A DNA stretch of 64,000 bases, taken from contig MU053994.1 in NCBI GenBank assembly GCA_013239625.1, positions 1,119,775 to 1,183,774 on the forward strand. Reading direction: 5' to 3'. Position 1 is the stretch's first letter, and every line of letters starts with the position of its first letter. The notes beneath the pieces are model-generated. The model was given only the letters and a program-made list of their open reading frames with translations. It was not told the DNA's origin and did no database searches. Positions 1-13,714 of this stretch are shown in pieces. The stretch is from Lama guanicoe. Its lineage: Eukaryota. A program made the translations under genes and the position numbers.

Positions 1-388
1 GTGTCACTTGGGGTTACAGTTATCTCAAGGCTCAACTGAGAAGGATCCCCTTCCCATATGGATGTTGACAGGCCTCAAGTCTTCACTGGCTGTTGGTTGA
101 AGACGTCAGTCCTTAGCTATGTGGGCCTCTCTGTAGGGCTAATCACGATATGGTGGCCTTCTTCCTATAAAGCAAAGGCTCAGAGAGAGAGAGAGCGCAC
201 GTGAAAAGGGAGAGCAAGATGGAAGCCACAGTCTTTTTGTGACCCAATCTTGGACGTGACATCCCAACACTTTAGCCACGTTCCATGTGTTAGAAGGGAG
301 TCCCTTGGTACAGCCCACACTCAAGAAGAAGGGATTACGAAGGGCATGAATGGCAGGAGGCAGGATCTTAGAGGCTGCTGCCATACGA
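1..388 (-). mobile_element. MLT1 (ERVL-MaLR) LTR fragment
   Basis: Antisense MLT1-type motifs (gtgacatcccaacacttt...cagcccacactcaag...ggattac...ggcatgaat). Confidence 0.7.
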
Positions 389-402
389 CTGTAGCCACAG
401 AG

Positions 403-993
403 GCAGAGGCAGCTGTAGGTTTGGGGGCCCAGAGCTTATACAATCTGGGGAACCCTTTTAAGACATGCAAAATTACAAATATAAAATCACAGTCAGGTCC
501 AGTAACTAGTGGATATACAAACAAAATGGGCAAGAGCCACACAATGGAACACTACTTGTCAATGAAAGGGAATGAAGAGTTGATTCATGCTACAACTTGG
601 ATGAACCTCAAAAACATGATGCTCAGTGAAGGAAACAAGTCACAGAAAATCACATATTATATGATTCCAGAATAGGCAAATCCATAGAGATAGAAAGTAG
701 GTTAGTGGTTACCAGGGCCTGGCTTGAGAGCCAGGATTGACTGAAGAGGCATGAGGGAAATCTGGGGTGATAGAAATGTTCTAAAAGAGGATTGTGGTGA
801 TTGTTGCACAACTCAATAAATTTACTAAAAACCATTGGACCATATACTTACGATGGGTGATTTTTTTATGGTTTGTAAATTATATTTCAATAAAGCTGTT
901 AAAAAATATACACACAGGGCATTGGAAGGGGCCTGTGCAAGTGGGAGGCCCTGGAGCTTAGGCCTCATTAACTTTTCAGAAAATCTGTCTCTG
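403..993 (+). mobile_element. MER96-like hAT element split by an L1 insertion (halves ~403-490 and ~910-993)
   Basis: gaggcagctgtaggtttgggggcccagagcttatacaat...aaaattacaaatataaaat resumes after the L1 as cagggcattggaaggggcctgtgcaagtgggaggccctggagctta...aatctgtctctg. Confidence 0.65.
505..907 (+). mobile_element. L1MB-type LINE-1 3' end
   Basis: gctacaacttggatgaacctcaaaaacatgatgctcagtgaa...aataggcaaatccatagaga...tcaataaagctgttaaaaaa. Confidence 0.85.
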
Positions 994-1578
994 TGCAGGA
1001 GTTAGAGGTATTGCAGAGATACGGCCTGAGGCAGCGAGGGGATGAGGCAATCGCCAGGCTTCTCCCCTCCCTGCTCCCTCCAGTCTTCTGTCTGGGCCTC
1101 CTATTGCCCTAACCCGCCCAGGAGCCTGGGAAATGGAGTGCTTTGTGACACAGAGAAGGGCTGGGAGGAGGTCTGAGCGCAAAGAGGCAAATGACAGGCT
1201 GGTGGGCCCCATCCCGCAGGGCTACCTCCACACCCTAGTGCCAAAACAACTGGGAAAGACTTGACCTTTTGGCCTTGAGAGCTGTCTTGAGAGAAGATCC
1301 ATAGAAGGTGCGCATGTTTCCAAATGAAGACCTAAGCTGTTGATTATTTATCATCAGACAATATAGAACACTGGATTTGTGGGTTAGCTTGTCATTTATT
1401 GTCTGGTCACCTGAAGGCTCAAAATCACTTATTCGTGCATACAGGAGGATGGAGAGCAGGCTTTGGGCGGCTAGGAGGAAGGAAACAAGGAGATAACTCA
1501 CGGAAGAAGACTGGGTACACTAAATATTTAGTGTTGGATGTGCTGTCCTGGCAGCTTTTCCCATTTAACTCTTGCAGG

Positions 1579-2525
1579 CAATGGGTACCAAGGGCAGGGC
1601 TGCGGGCACAGTCAGCCCCAGATGCAGGCATCCCTGGGTGCAAGGAGTAAGATGATGCATTGTTTGGGGAGAAATTAAAAACAATAATAAAACCCACTGA
1701 AAGTTGTTATCTTTTATTGGCAACATGTCCAAGTAATTCTAAACAACGTCAGTGAGGGTCCTCCCTTCACAGCCCAAATACCTTACTGGTTTAAGTTCTA
1801 AAATTGCTGAGTTTTAAATAATATATATGTAAGCTTCAAATGAGTATATCTCCATCACTTACCTGGAAAGAAACATTGTTTTCGGCATGGAAGATGATGC
1901 AGGGAACCCCAATTATATAGAAGGCCACAGACACAGCAGTCAGCAGCATGCATTCGATTCTAGAGGAAGTTCGTATTGGTTCAGAGTCATTTGAGCTCAC
2001 TTTGGGTGCAGTTTGTGTCTTCAGTCCTGGTGGTACTATACATTCCTGCATTTAAACGGTAGATTCGGACACACAACGATAGCACAGGAACTGTGAAGAC
2101 GAAGAAACAGAACTTGAGATGCTTTGATCTGTCATTCTAGGTGCGATGACTGTGAACCATGTGGCGGTCATTCTATTGGACATGTTTGTCCATGTGGTTG
2201 CCCCCTCGTTAAAAAATACATTAACATAAATAAATATTAATCCAATTTCTCTTTCCTCTTTGGAGCTATTTATTTTCATTTATTTTTATATTATTTGTAT
2301 AGTCATTTATTTTAAATATTTATTGTTTATTTTTATTTGATTTTCTATTTTTACTAGCATGAAAGTTCAATAGAAGAAAAATCTTCCCTCTCTGTGTTTC
2401 TTGGTTGGCCGTTATAATCATTTGTTTTATTTGATGATTATTACTGAAAAAGATTTTGTCATATAGAAGAAGGGAGCTTTAAAAATAATCTGCTCTGGAT
2501 GTCAAATACGATAGGTATGCTACTG
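1579..2525 (+). mobile_element. MER97-like hAT-Tip100 non-autonomous DNA transposon, near full length
   Basis: Degenerate TIRs caatgggtacc / ggtatgctactg; internal taaaaacaataataaaac...aattctaaacaacgtcagtga...tatatatgtaagcttcaaat match the recalled consensus. Confidence 0.7.
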
Positions 2526-2549
2526 CATATAACCAAAAAGTATCTTCCC

Positions 2550-2825
2550 CGTGAATAAGGAAACTGAGGCTCAAAGAGGTTAAGAAATTTGCTTAAATTC
2601 ACAAAAGCAGCAAGTCAGAGACCAAGGATTCAAACAATATTGTACAGTTGACAGACAGCATGTATCCTTTGCAGTAATTTATGGACTCATTTAATACTAA
2701 GCACAGCCATATGAGTGGGTACTTGACAGATGAGGGAACTGAAGTGCAAAGAGGCCAAATGACTTGCCCAAGGTCCCAGAGCTAGTAAATGGTAGAACAA
2801 GGATTTGAACCCTGGTAGTACTGCA
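2550..2825 (-). mobile_element. Two MIR SINE fragments
   Basis: MIR core ggaaactgaggctcaaagaggttaag and tgacttgcccaaggtcccagagctagtaaatgg...ggatttgaaccc. Confidence 0.85.
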
Positions 2826-3709
2826 GGGAAGCAAACTGTGTAAACCTGAACTCCGGGAATCCTTGTCAACCGAGGTTGACTTTCTAAAGCCCTGCTCAGT
2901 TCCCACGGCTGCTGCAGCTGAGCGACTAGACCCACTTCCGTTTGCACTAGCCTCTCCACCAGCACTCCCACCAAGCGGGCCATCTCCCAGCAGCTGCATG
3001 TGGGGGATTTCTCAGGACACAGCTGCAGTCTGGTCTGAAGTTAGCTCAGCTTGGTTGTTTACCAAAGGCTTTGAGCAGAGAAGGACGAGAAAGAAGGCTG
3101 ACTTTTGGGAGATCAGGATCCTTGGGAGTCTAAGATATATTTAACTCCCACAGACTTAGATGTCTTTGCGAGCTTTAATAAAGGCTGAAGAAAACTGCGT
3201 GGTGTTTCCGTTACAGGTAATACTGACCTGCAACACTAGATGGCAAAATGGTGCTATGTTACTATGTTGGTATCCGGAAAAAGCCTGGTAGAAAAGTCTT
3301 CCCCTAAAATCCAAATCCGCTGCATTGTCCTTTAAAAAAAAAAAAAAAAGTTTATTTTTGGAAAATAAAGTTCTATGTGGAGTTAATATCTTAATTTTTT
3401 AAAATCATTGTTTAGAAATGCCCTATTTTGAATGGTCTCAGTCTCCTAGGCTCTATCAAGTAGGTAAATATATGTCTCTTTGCCTAATGGCCAGCTGGTC
3501 AAAAGCTACCTCCTAATTGATCAGATAAAAACAGGAGGATAACAGAAGATAATGGAGATAGTATGAAATGTACTTTCAAAAGCTGCATGTTAACATAAAT
3601 GTGACATAAATGTGACAAATGTATATGGCACAGATGTCATCTGTCATGGCCTCTTCTGTTTAAATAAACATAGAAGCAAATAACAAATTGGACACACTGC
3701 TGTTTCTCA

Positions 3710-3830
3710 TTTCATTCATTCAAGAATAAGCACCTCTTATGTACAAGGCAGTTGTAGGCAGCACAGAATACAAAGAGAATTCTATTCTGGCATTTAAGAA
3801 ATCTGTACTCTAGAGGGGGACAAAAGACAA
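3710..3830 (-). mobile_element. L2 3' end fragment
   Basis: ttcattcattcaa...agcacct...atgtacaaggca pattern of the antisense L2 tail. Confidence 0.6.
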
Positions 3831-4266
3831 ATGCACCACTACTGTCAACCATCGGCCCCCGAATCATTCTTTCTCTGGAGCCTCATAGTTAGAGCTGCTG
3901 GTGCCCCCTTCCTCCCCCAACCCTGCAAGCCTTGGGACCACCCAGGGTCCTGACCCAGGCAGCAGTACATCAGCATATCAAGATCAGCCCTATCCAGCAG
4001 GGGCTGGGGCTGAGTTTGCACTGCTCTCTGATTTGCATGGGCCAATCAAATTTAGCAGAGTCCCTGCCTTATCATAAGTGCCAAATAACTATTAGTAGGA
4101 GGGAGGGAGGAATCATGGTGTACAGCCATTGAGGAGAACTGGTCCAGGAAGTTTCCTAGAACATTGCCATGGGCAGTGAAGAGGAGGTGGAATTACAGGC
4201 ACAGAAGATTATCCACTCAGAGGCAGAGAACTCTGTTTCAGTCAGGGGAGCCCACAGGGGTTAAGG

Positions 4267-4453
4267 CAATGGTCCTTAAAAGTGTGGTTTTGGGCAGCAG
4301 CCTGAGCATCCCTAGGAAATTGTTAGAAATGCAAATTCTCAGGTTCCACCCCAGATCTACTGAGAAACTTTGGGGGTGGGGCCTAGCTGTCTGTGTGTTA
4401 ACAAGCCCCCCCCCCACGTGATTATGATGCATGCGTAAGGTCCAGAGCCACTG
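4267..4453. mobile_element. MER5A (hAT-Charlie), full length, with 8-bp TSD
   Basis: tgttagaaatgcaaattctcagg...ccccagatctactga core; flanks ggttaagg (4259-4266) and ggttaagc (4454-4461). Confidence 0.85.
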
Positions 4454-4509
4454 GGTTAAGCTATGGCCCCTGCCAGGGAGGGTTGACAGACAAGGGAAGC
4501 TACACAGGG

Positions 4510-5000
4510 GTTAGACCTTGAGGGGCCTTGTGCTGAGGAGATTGCTTTTTTCGGTTTGTTTTATCTTGTAGGCAATATGGGAGCCACTGGGGGTTCATAA
4601 GGAAGGATGTGGTCAGAACAGATCTGTGCTTCCAATCCATCACTCTCAGGACGGCATGGAGGAGGGTGCAGAAGGAGGAGAGATGCACCCTCAGAGCATC
4701 CTTAGCTTCTCTTCTGCCTTCACCACACAGCTCCACCCCAGCCCTTTTGGCTTTTTCTATAGCCTCGTCTCCTGGTGATCTCACCCACTCTCCAGGTATT
4801 AGCCACCCCCTTGGCAGGTGAGGAGCAAACCTACCTTTTTAGTCTTTTATCTTGTGCTGGGGAGACTGGCTCGACTTCTTGGATGTCCAGCTGCCATCTC
4901 ACACTTGGCACAGACAAATCTGAACTCACCATCCACAAACTAGAGCTTCCACTCCCACCTTCTTGATTTCTGTTAATGATGTGACTGTGCTGCCATTTAG
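4510..5000. mobile_element. L2 fragments in opposite orientations
   Basis: tttatcttgtaggcaatatgggagccactg (antisense) and ctggtgatctcacccactc...cttggatgtcc...aaatctgaactcac (sense). Confidence 0.6.
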
Positions 5001-7200
5001 GCAACAGCTGCCCTTGGGGTCCCCCCCAAAGCTTCTTCAACCCCAGACTCATTTCATCGCAGCCTATTCAGAATTTCAGGAGTCCTTGGCACATACTTTC
5101 ATTCCAACACATTGACATGAGTGTTAGTGTCTGAGGGTGAGCACCTTAAGGGAAAAAAAGGCCTTATTTGCATCTGTATCAAACTGGCACTCAGCAGAGA
5201 AGCTGACTAGGGGAGACCTAGGTTTTTAGTGAACAAATGAGTGAATTCCACCCCCTTAAAGCTGAGGGAAAAGACAGACCAGAGAACAGCAGAGAGATGC
5301 ATGTAATGCCAATTGGTGAGGGGACTGCAAACCCATGGGTGGTATGAGGGAAAGACTGGTTATGAGGAAATGGAATTAAGTTACAGGAAATTACAGAGGG
5401 ATGTGTACGGAAGCCAAGGCAGCAGGTATAGACTAAGCTTTCTAGAAGACTGGGGAATCAAGAAAGGGAGATGGGCTAGCATTTCATAGGAGAAGGAAGG
5501 GAAAGGGAAGGGTGTTCCGGGGGATCTTGATTTAAAAGGTAGGGGCAACCTGAATGTGTAATTCAAGAAAAAGCAAAAAAAAAAAATCAGTGTCGTAGGA
5601 AAGATTTAAGACGACAGAGAGGGTTGAAGGAGTGCTCAAAAATCACAAAGAGCAGGGTAGATGAGATTGTGGACACAGAGGAAGGGGCTGGTCTGGGAGC
5701 AGAGGATTTGGCTCCAAGATGTCAGCTGGTGGGCTGAACTGATGTCTTCTGAGCCTGTCATCTCTGAGGTTGGTGAGGAGAAGGTGGAAAAAGATACAGA
5801 GATGTTGATGTGGTGAGAAAGACAAGTCAGCCAGTTCACAGAGATGTCTGTGATGTTGGGGAGAGGAAAATGGAAGCAGAAAGGAGTGGGTGGTCTTTGG
5901 GAGAATGGAAAAATGTTTGGAACATGCACAATTTGACCAGCGGTCAGCAAGAGGCCCCAGACACAAGCTTCCCAGCTTCGTCCATACTGGGCCCACTGCC
6001 TCTACTGCCTCAGCTTCTTCCCTTCCTGTTGGAAGCCTTCTCTTTTTCAAGTCCCAGGACAAAAGTCACTGTCTCCCTGAAATCTTCCTTGGTTGCCTGT
6101 CCCTAGGCACAGCTGTTCTCAATAATGTTTATGAAGTGCTCTACAGCTTAAGCGCAATTACACATACCTTTTCTTACATAATCTCTTAATTAACTACTCT
6201 CTCCTCTGTAGGTATATAGCACTCTGTTCGTTACAGGAACAAAACATTTTATCAGTTCGTATGCCCCAAAAAACCTTCAGTTTGTCTACTAGACAGTGGC
6301 TTTATCAAAACCCAGGGTCATCCCTGACTCACCTCTATAACCCTGGGTCTAATATAGCACGTGGCCCATATTAGAAACACAAAGGCATAGGCTGAACTAA
6401 ATGAATGAATCTCTATTTAAAATATATGCTTGAAACAATCCTCCTGATCCTTCAAGACCTGGTCTGATGACAATCTATTCTCATCCCCCATCAGTAGTAT
6501 CTGCTCCAGAGTAAATTAACATAATTCCTTCTACTCTTTTCCTCAGAAAATGTATTTTCATTCTTCAGGTTTCAAAGCAATTTTGTTTAGTCTTCTCGAA
6601 ATTGTTCTAGAATCTTTAGTGTGAGCCAGAAAAGGCCTCAGTGAGTTCTGAACCATCAATGCGCCATGACTTCTGGGTTGGCACAGGCTCAGGGTTGGCT
6701 TTAGATGGCATTTTCTTCTGGTTACTAAAAGATATTAACAGGCACCATGAGGTTCTTGCCCCTAAATTCAGTTAGCATTACTCTTCATTGTTTAAGCAGT
6801 AAGGGCTTTTGTCTTGAAAGGCAGAGTAGAAGACCATCCTTTTCTTGACAGCAACCAGAGTAAATTCTAATTATGCGGTTCAGTGTTAAGTACATCCCAG
6901 TGATTTTGGTCTATAGGCAACTCAGAACCTTCTGTTTATCCTATGGCATCCAGGTCGGAAATAAAACAAACAATGACCTCCTGAAAGTCCAAAAATACGA
7001 GGGCAGTTTGCCCTAATCCAAACTTCACCTATGATTTCCTAAGGGTTGTGGGATTCCTAAGCAGGAAGAAGGTGGCGGAAGCCGTATTTTAACACTGGGA
7101 GTACCACTTCACTGATGGCTGCCATGGTCTGGAAGCCACTCCTAGCTCCCCTTCTCACTGTTGAGATCTGCTGGAAGACAGGGATTGTAGTGAAAGGATG

Positions 7201-7838
7201 TAGCATTTCCCAAACTGGACTGCACATGAGGATCACTAACATGTGTTAAAAATACGGATTTCCTGGGACTCACTTCCCTGAGATACTGATTCAGTGGATC
7301 TGAGGTTGAGCCAGAGAACATTTATTGTTTTAAAAAATTGTCTCAGGTTGGATTCTTTCAAAATCAGACCTTGAGACAAAAATGTGAAAGCCAGGAGTTT
7401 ATCTGAGAGGTAATTCCAGGAGGTAATGACAGGGAAGTGAGGGAAGGGGAGAAGTCTAAAGCATGTGCTGTTGAGCAGGTTACCACTGTGGGAAACCACA
7501 GCTCAATCCCACAAGGAACTCATGGGGACAGTAAAGATCACACCTTAGAAATACTCCACCCGAAGTAGGTATAAGTTGGGGTATTAGTCAATATCTGTCA
7601 TTGACTCCCTGGCACTGCCAACCTGACTTACAGGTGAACCAAGGGGGCTCTGGCAACCAGAGAAAGCCCAAAGGCAAAGAGTTGCAGACGTGATCAGCTG
7701 GAGGCCATTTGGTTGCCTTGCACAGGGATGGTGACTGGCCGGGGTATACAGGTGGGCACTAACAGTGTCAGTGGCAAAAGCATCCTGGTTTTTTGGATAT
7801 AGCCAAGGCTCGCAAGAGACCAGATTTGGATCTCACTA
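7201..7838. mobile_element. MER5-like element interrupted by an ERVL-type LTR (LTR33/LTR16-like, ~7339-7777, minus strand)
   Basis: MER5-type tttcccaaact...gatactgattcagtggatctgagg stops at ~7338; tgtctcaggttggatt...cagaccttgagacaa...gtttatctgagaggtaattcc follows; a MER5-like tail resumes at ~7778. Confidence 0.6.
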
Positions 7839-8639
7839 GGATTTGATGTAAAACCTCAATAGTTTATACCATTTTTCCCCATGATCTTGCTGACCACACA
7901 TTATCCTTTGACAACAGTCATCAACAAAGATGACAACTCCAACCTTTACATTGAAATGGATTTCAATCCACTCTGAAATTTTAACGAAAACACTTATTAC
8001 CAAACAACTCAGGTGAATAATGCATGACTGACAAGAAATGGCTTGGGTTAGAAGGAAACATAAAAGAAGCACCTCATCTACTACTGAGGAGGGAGAGAAG
8101 GGTCATAGTCCATATCGAAGTGTGTCAGTTGTCTCAGCAGCTATGAAGCCAAGGATGCTGACATTTTCTATGCATCAGGACTGCCTGGGATGCCTTCCAG
8201 CTGCAGCATTGGGACCTTAATAAACGAGCCATATTATGTTTATACTTTACTGTTTAAGTAATGCTATTTCACTCTGTGTAAAGCCACTTAAAACACCAGT
8301 GGAAACACATGCATGGACCATGAAACAACTTTAAATGGATAATCAATTTTTATCACATATCGAGGGTTAGACTGGTATATCTGAGTGAATTATGGAAGTC
8401 TGTATGTGCTCTGGCTAGGAGTGTTTGCATACCAAATCTTCTTCTTTGTTACAGAACCAATCTATTGTACACATATTGGGAATTTCCAAAATCTAACACT
8501 GAAAAACTTTCATTCTGACAGAATTTTTTCAGAGCTTTAAAAACAAAGATGTATTTTATTTGGGCTTAGTTGTGAAGGGCTGTATTAGAACATCTTAGTT
8601 CCCTTGTACAATGATTCTCCCCTAAAATAGAGGGAATAG

Positions 8640-9048
8640 GATCAACATGTAAGACACCAAGAAAGTGTCATGGGATGAACATGAGCTTACTGGTGAAAGT
8701 CTAGAATGTACAACGTGCCCTAAAACTTATGGAACATGGTTTTAGAACAGACATGAGGAATTTGTTTGTGCAGTGACAAATAAACACATGGAACTCATCA
8801 TATCCGCAAAACTGAGCAGTATGAGAAGGTAAACGTGGTCAAGGAGAATTTGGATCAGTTCATGGATAACAGAAGCTTAACAGTTCACTAAGGGGAAATT
8901 AGGCAGTTTCACGTTACATCCTTGGTCTCTGAGGTTGATGTCATGGATGCAAATTGCCACATTCTTACAAAGGAGTGGTATCACCTTCAGATAGAGAACA
9001 CAAGATTGGTGGACCACTGATCTGACATATTGTGACATTTCTTATGTT
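8640..9048 (+). mobile_element. Ancient CR1-family LINE 3' end (Plat_L3-like)
   Basis: ttttagaacaga...atggaactcat...ggatcagttcatggataacag...ggaccactgatctgac...atttcttatgtt terminal motif. Confidence 0.6.
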
Positions 9049-10934
9049 AACTAGAGGACGTTGAAAATGTCATAAAATCTGAGTGCCCTGAACTACCAAG
9101 AAGCTATCAGCTCTTTGATCTCCCAAGTTCCTTGAAGCAACTGCTGTTCCTTTTCTGGTCCTAAAAGTGAATGGAGTGGGGAAGGTGCCAGGTCCAGATT
9201 ACCCTTCCCACACACCTGACACAATACACAGCAACTGTGAACATCCTAGGGCCCTTCCAAAGTTGATACTCTCCTCTCCTTGTAATTGAGGACCCAGAAT
9301 TGTGAAGGACAATAGGCCAATCTTAATTCTTTAGAAAATGATCCACACCTCATCCAAACATTAGTTCATTAATTTAGCACATTTGACCATGTTCTAAGCA
9401 CAAAAATAGAATCAGGATCAGTACTCCTGCCAACATAGCCTAATCACCAGTTGGTTTCACTTTTAAACCCAGTGTTACATGAAGTTTAACTATGTGAGAA
9501 GTCAAGTGAGACTATTTGTCTCAATCAAGTCTCCATTTGATATCTGACCATGTGACATGTCCACACACTTAGGGACAACCACAGGGACGACATGCGTTCC
9601 TCAAATCTGAACTGTCACATCATGACAGGTTTACATCAAAAATTTTGATGCTATAATTTTGTGCATGTGATAATTTTAACTTGTCTTAATTGATTTACTA
9701 AATCATGGAATATTTTTTTAGCCATAGTCTGACCTACGTGCTGAGATGAATAAACATATGTCAGTGTAAAATATTCCTACAGGAGAAAGAATATTCTGGT
9801 TTTATTTTAGATCTTTGTTCACACAGATCTTTTCTAACTCATATTATTTTTCAAAATGGTCATAACCCTCTGAGAATTTATTTCTATTACTTCTGCCCCC
9901 TTTATGATTTGCATATCAAGAAGGAAGAGGAGGAGGAGGAAGAGGGTGAAATTTAAAGAGATGAAATTTATTATCAAAGAAGAAATGATTACTGAAGCCC
10001 TCAAAAAAAAGAAGAAATGATTTGTGAATAAGAAATGTGCATTCAATCAACAAATGACATAGGTCAAACCTCTGTTTTAAGTGATAAATATATCAAGTTA
10101 ATTAAAAAAGTACACAAGGGTAATATTCATTTAATCAATATTAAATTCATCAGAATAATTTATAGATTTGGGTTTAAGAGAAAAATAACTAAAAAATTCC
10201 CATTAAAAAAAAGTTGCTATGAGATGCTGGACTTTGTGATACACAGTAATGATTCTGGTTAAATCAAGGAATATTTTGAGTACAAAGATGATGCATGAAA
10301 ATTATCTTAAAAATTAAAACTAAAATGGCACCTCCCTGCTTAGTAAATGTCATGGAAAAGGAGCAAAATTATATTTTTATTTACTTTCAGTGAAGTCTGA
10401 AACATCTAGCTTTTGTGAAAAATTGGCATAAAACGTAAGAAAAAATGAAGAAAAATATTAAAATACAAAAATGACTGCTATAACTAAAGCTAACAAATTA
10501 ACACATTCTAAAGTTTTTTTTAAATATTCCTGCATCAATTCCTTGAGCTCTCAACATAATCTACTGAGATAACCCAGTGGTAAATAATAGCAGAAAAATA
10601 AATTCATTCATTTATTTAAGAGCTGTTTTAAGTACCTACATGTCTTGCATATTAAGCACTTTATAGGAATAGTTGAAGGAGGGTGAGGGTTACAAAAGAA
10701 GTTTCAAATCATTTCTAAGTTGTAATTAAACTGGGAAATAATACACATAAAACAATCAGAAAATTATGAAATAATACATTAATAAGGAAATGTAAAATAA
10801 TGTGGTATAATCTGTATACATAAATGCAGAAAGAACACAGACGGAAATATCTGATTTCAGGTTAAAAAAAGAATTCACGAACTCTAGTAATTAGCCAAAT
10901 AAAAAAGGATGTATTATATATACATACACTGTAA

Positions 10935-10936
<2 letters not shown>

Positions 10937-10967
<31 letters not shown>
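10937..10967. repeat. (AC)15 microsatellite
   Basis: Read directly. Confidence 0.95.
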
Positions 10968-10971
<4 letters not shown>

Positions 10972-13204
10972 TATAATTAGACATTCCTGTTGCTTCCAGA
11001 TTACACTGATAATCAGGTATTTTTCTAGCTAACACTGTATTCTCTGTAGTTTATATTTTTGAATTCTCTCGGAGTTTGATAGTAATTCAGCCATATTCAA
11101 CAAATCGTAAATTAAGAGGAAATAACAGATAATCTTCCTAATGGGGAAATCCCCATATACCCCTGAAATGAACTTCAGCTATGCCAAATTTATGTAAAAT
11201 TCCTCATGTATTTGTTTCCAATTATACCACATTAGGCAAAAATACGCGATATTGCTATGTTCTACCCTAATATTCTTCTTTCTTACATCACTAAATCCTA
11301 ACACATCTATAACATTCATATGATGAATAATAACATTTCAGTGCACTAGGTAACACACATGTTTTTTATTTGCCACAAAGAACTGTATTTCCTCAACTGA
11401 TTTATGTACCACCTGGACAAAATTATTTTTACTATGGTTTATTTCATTTTCTCTAGCATCCACAACTGAAAAACACTTGTAAACAGCCAATGACAATGAT
11501 AAGAAAGAAAGAAAGAAAGCCTTGAAATTCAAAATCAAAATTCCCCATTTCTTTAGAGAACCCCAATGAAAAATGCAGCTGAAATACTTTTAAACTAACA
11601 AATTCAAGGTAAAATCAAACAGCCACCACCCATTTTTTGCTGTGTTTCCTTATGGACAAGTAGATACAATTCACTGGCAGTTGCAAAATGTTCCAAAACA
11701 GAAATAATTATTTGGTTTACAGTTTGCGTAAGGGACTTGTAAAGAAACCGTACAAACCACAAAAAAATTTTTTTATGACATAATAACAAAGAAAGTTTAT
11801 GATATTTTCTAATCACATGACTTCATTTCCTGAATTATATTTCATCTAGGACCTGAGAAAAAGTGCAGGGAGTGTTGTACCATTTCTAAGTTAAACGTAC
11901 TTCTTCACAGATCATTGTGTGATGTATCATTACGATGACATCTACTGAATTTTCTTGATTTTTTTTAACCAACAAAATTGCAACACGTTAAAGCCAGCAA
12001 TCCACAGAATGTTTGGGAAACATACCAATGCTTGAGGCCATTTGCCTAATGAATATAACATGGACTCATTTCATTCCTCCTTTCCTGGAATAGCTTTGAA
12101 TTTCAAACATTTGTTAGCCATTAAGTACACTTTGCATCTAATACTTCATATGTGTATAATGCATTTTAGAGTCTATATGCAAAATTAGCTTATCTGTAAT
12201 CCTATAGCTCTAGTAAGGGCCCTGCCCAGTAACCACTAAAGTCAACCCTCCCTCCTACCCAAATCTGAACAATTGGTTCTGACTTGAGCTACACAGATTA
12301 ACAGGACTCATTATCCAAAGATACTTTCCATGCCTTTCAAAGTCACCCAAGAAAAGCCCTCCAGAATCTTCTCTAAACGGTTCATTGTTTTGTTTTTTTC
12401 TGTTTAGTTTTAAGTTCTTCTGATGTCAACATGTGTATTACTATAAACCCTCCTTCAGAATCTGGTGACATGTTATTTTTGCATGATTCTGTGAAGCAAC
12501 CATAGTAGAGATGCTGATTTGCTAATGAACAGGTTCCCAAATATAGGCCATAACACATACACATAAACATACACACTCACGCTGTAGGTATTTCTTGACT
12601 CAGAAATGCCTAACTTACAAACTTCCTATACATACAAACAGCTAACCACGGATGGCCTCAACTGCTTTGTAAGCAGCCTTTAGAGTCTTCTCTGTTGCCC
12701 AGTTTCATTCTCTCCTCAGACTGATTCACAGATTTTGGGGACGGGAGGAAGGTGTGAGGTTTTCTCAACTCCATCAAGTAACATACACATTGGGAAGCTG
12801 TGGATTTACAAAGTGATTACACATGCCATGCCCCCACCCCCAACGCACACACACTCATACATGTGCTCACAAAGTGGTAGCTATGTGTGTGACCTCTATA
12901 AATGTTCACTCACATGCAGACAAGGTGTCTTGATATATGCATTATGAATTACCCAGCAGCTTCTAGAGCCTTCCAGATGTGTTCCACAAATCTGATTTGG
13001 GTCACTACCCCAGGACCAGCAGCATAGAATGACCTATGTAACCTAGTTGGTGGCTACAGGCTACTTCCCAGAATGGCAAAACCCAACTCTCATAATAGCC
13101 AGTAAACTCTACTGCATGGATTGAGTTATTCTTCAGTGTGCCCATAACAATGACCCCTTTTCTGTGGCTAAGCTTCTGCAAAGGTATTTTAGGTCTAATC
13201 ATTC

Positions 13205-13700
13205 TCATTCATCTGTTGAAGAATGAATTTATTCTACATCTATTGAGCACCTACTATGCTCAAAACTGTTCTGCTTATGAACAAAGAGGGGACACACACA
13301 CACACATATACACACTATCAGACCAAGAAGAGTATAGTAGTTGCTATAAGAGAGGCTCAAACGGAAATGAGAGCTCAGGGGCAGAAGATATTACTTTGAC
13401 CAAGGAGTTCAGGGATGACTCCATAAAGGAAGTCTTGGTTTGGCTATGCCTTGAAAGATGGATGTGAATTCAATGGGTGGGAATGAGATTGGGAAAAGGG
13501 ATGCATTTAGGCACAGAAGTGGAAAAGGCACAAAGTCACTGACGAGTGTAATATGATCGGAACAGCATGTACATGGTGAGAAGAGGGAACGAGAAGAGGG
13601 GACCAGACAAGACCAGGAGCTGGGAGCAGATTTGGGGAGCTCTAACTAATAATATGGGGAATTGGGTGGGCAATGGAGACATGTAGAAGGGTTCTCATTA
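13205..13700 (-). mobile_element. L2 fragment
   Basis: tattgagcacctactatgc...ccttgaaagatggatg. Confidence 0.65.
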
Positions 13701-13714
13701 TTTGTCTTTAAACT

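Noticed and set aside
250..675. 141-aa ORF ending in ELIHATTWMNLKNMMLSE
   Set aside because: Chance read-through across MLT1, MER96-like and decayed L1 sequence; the recognisable part is L1-derived.
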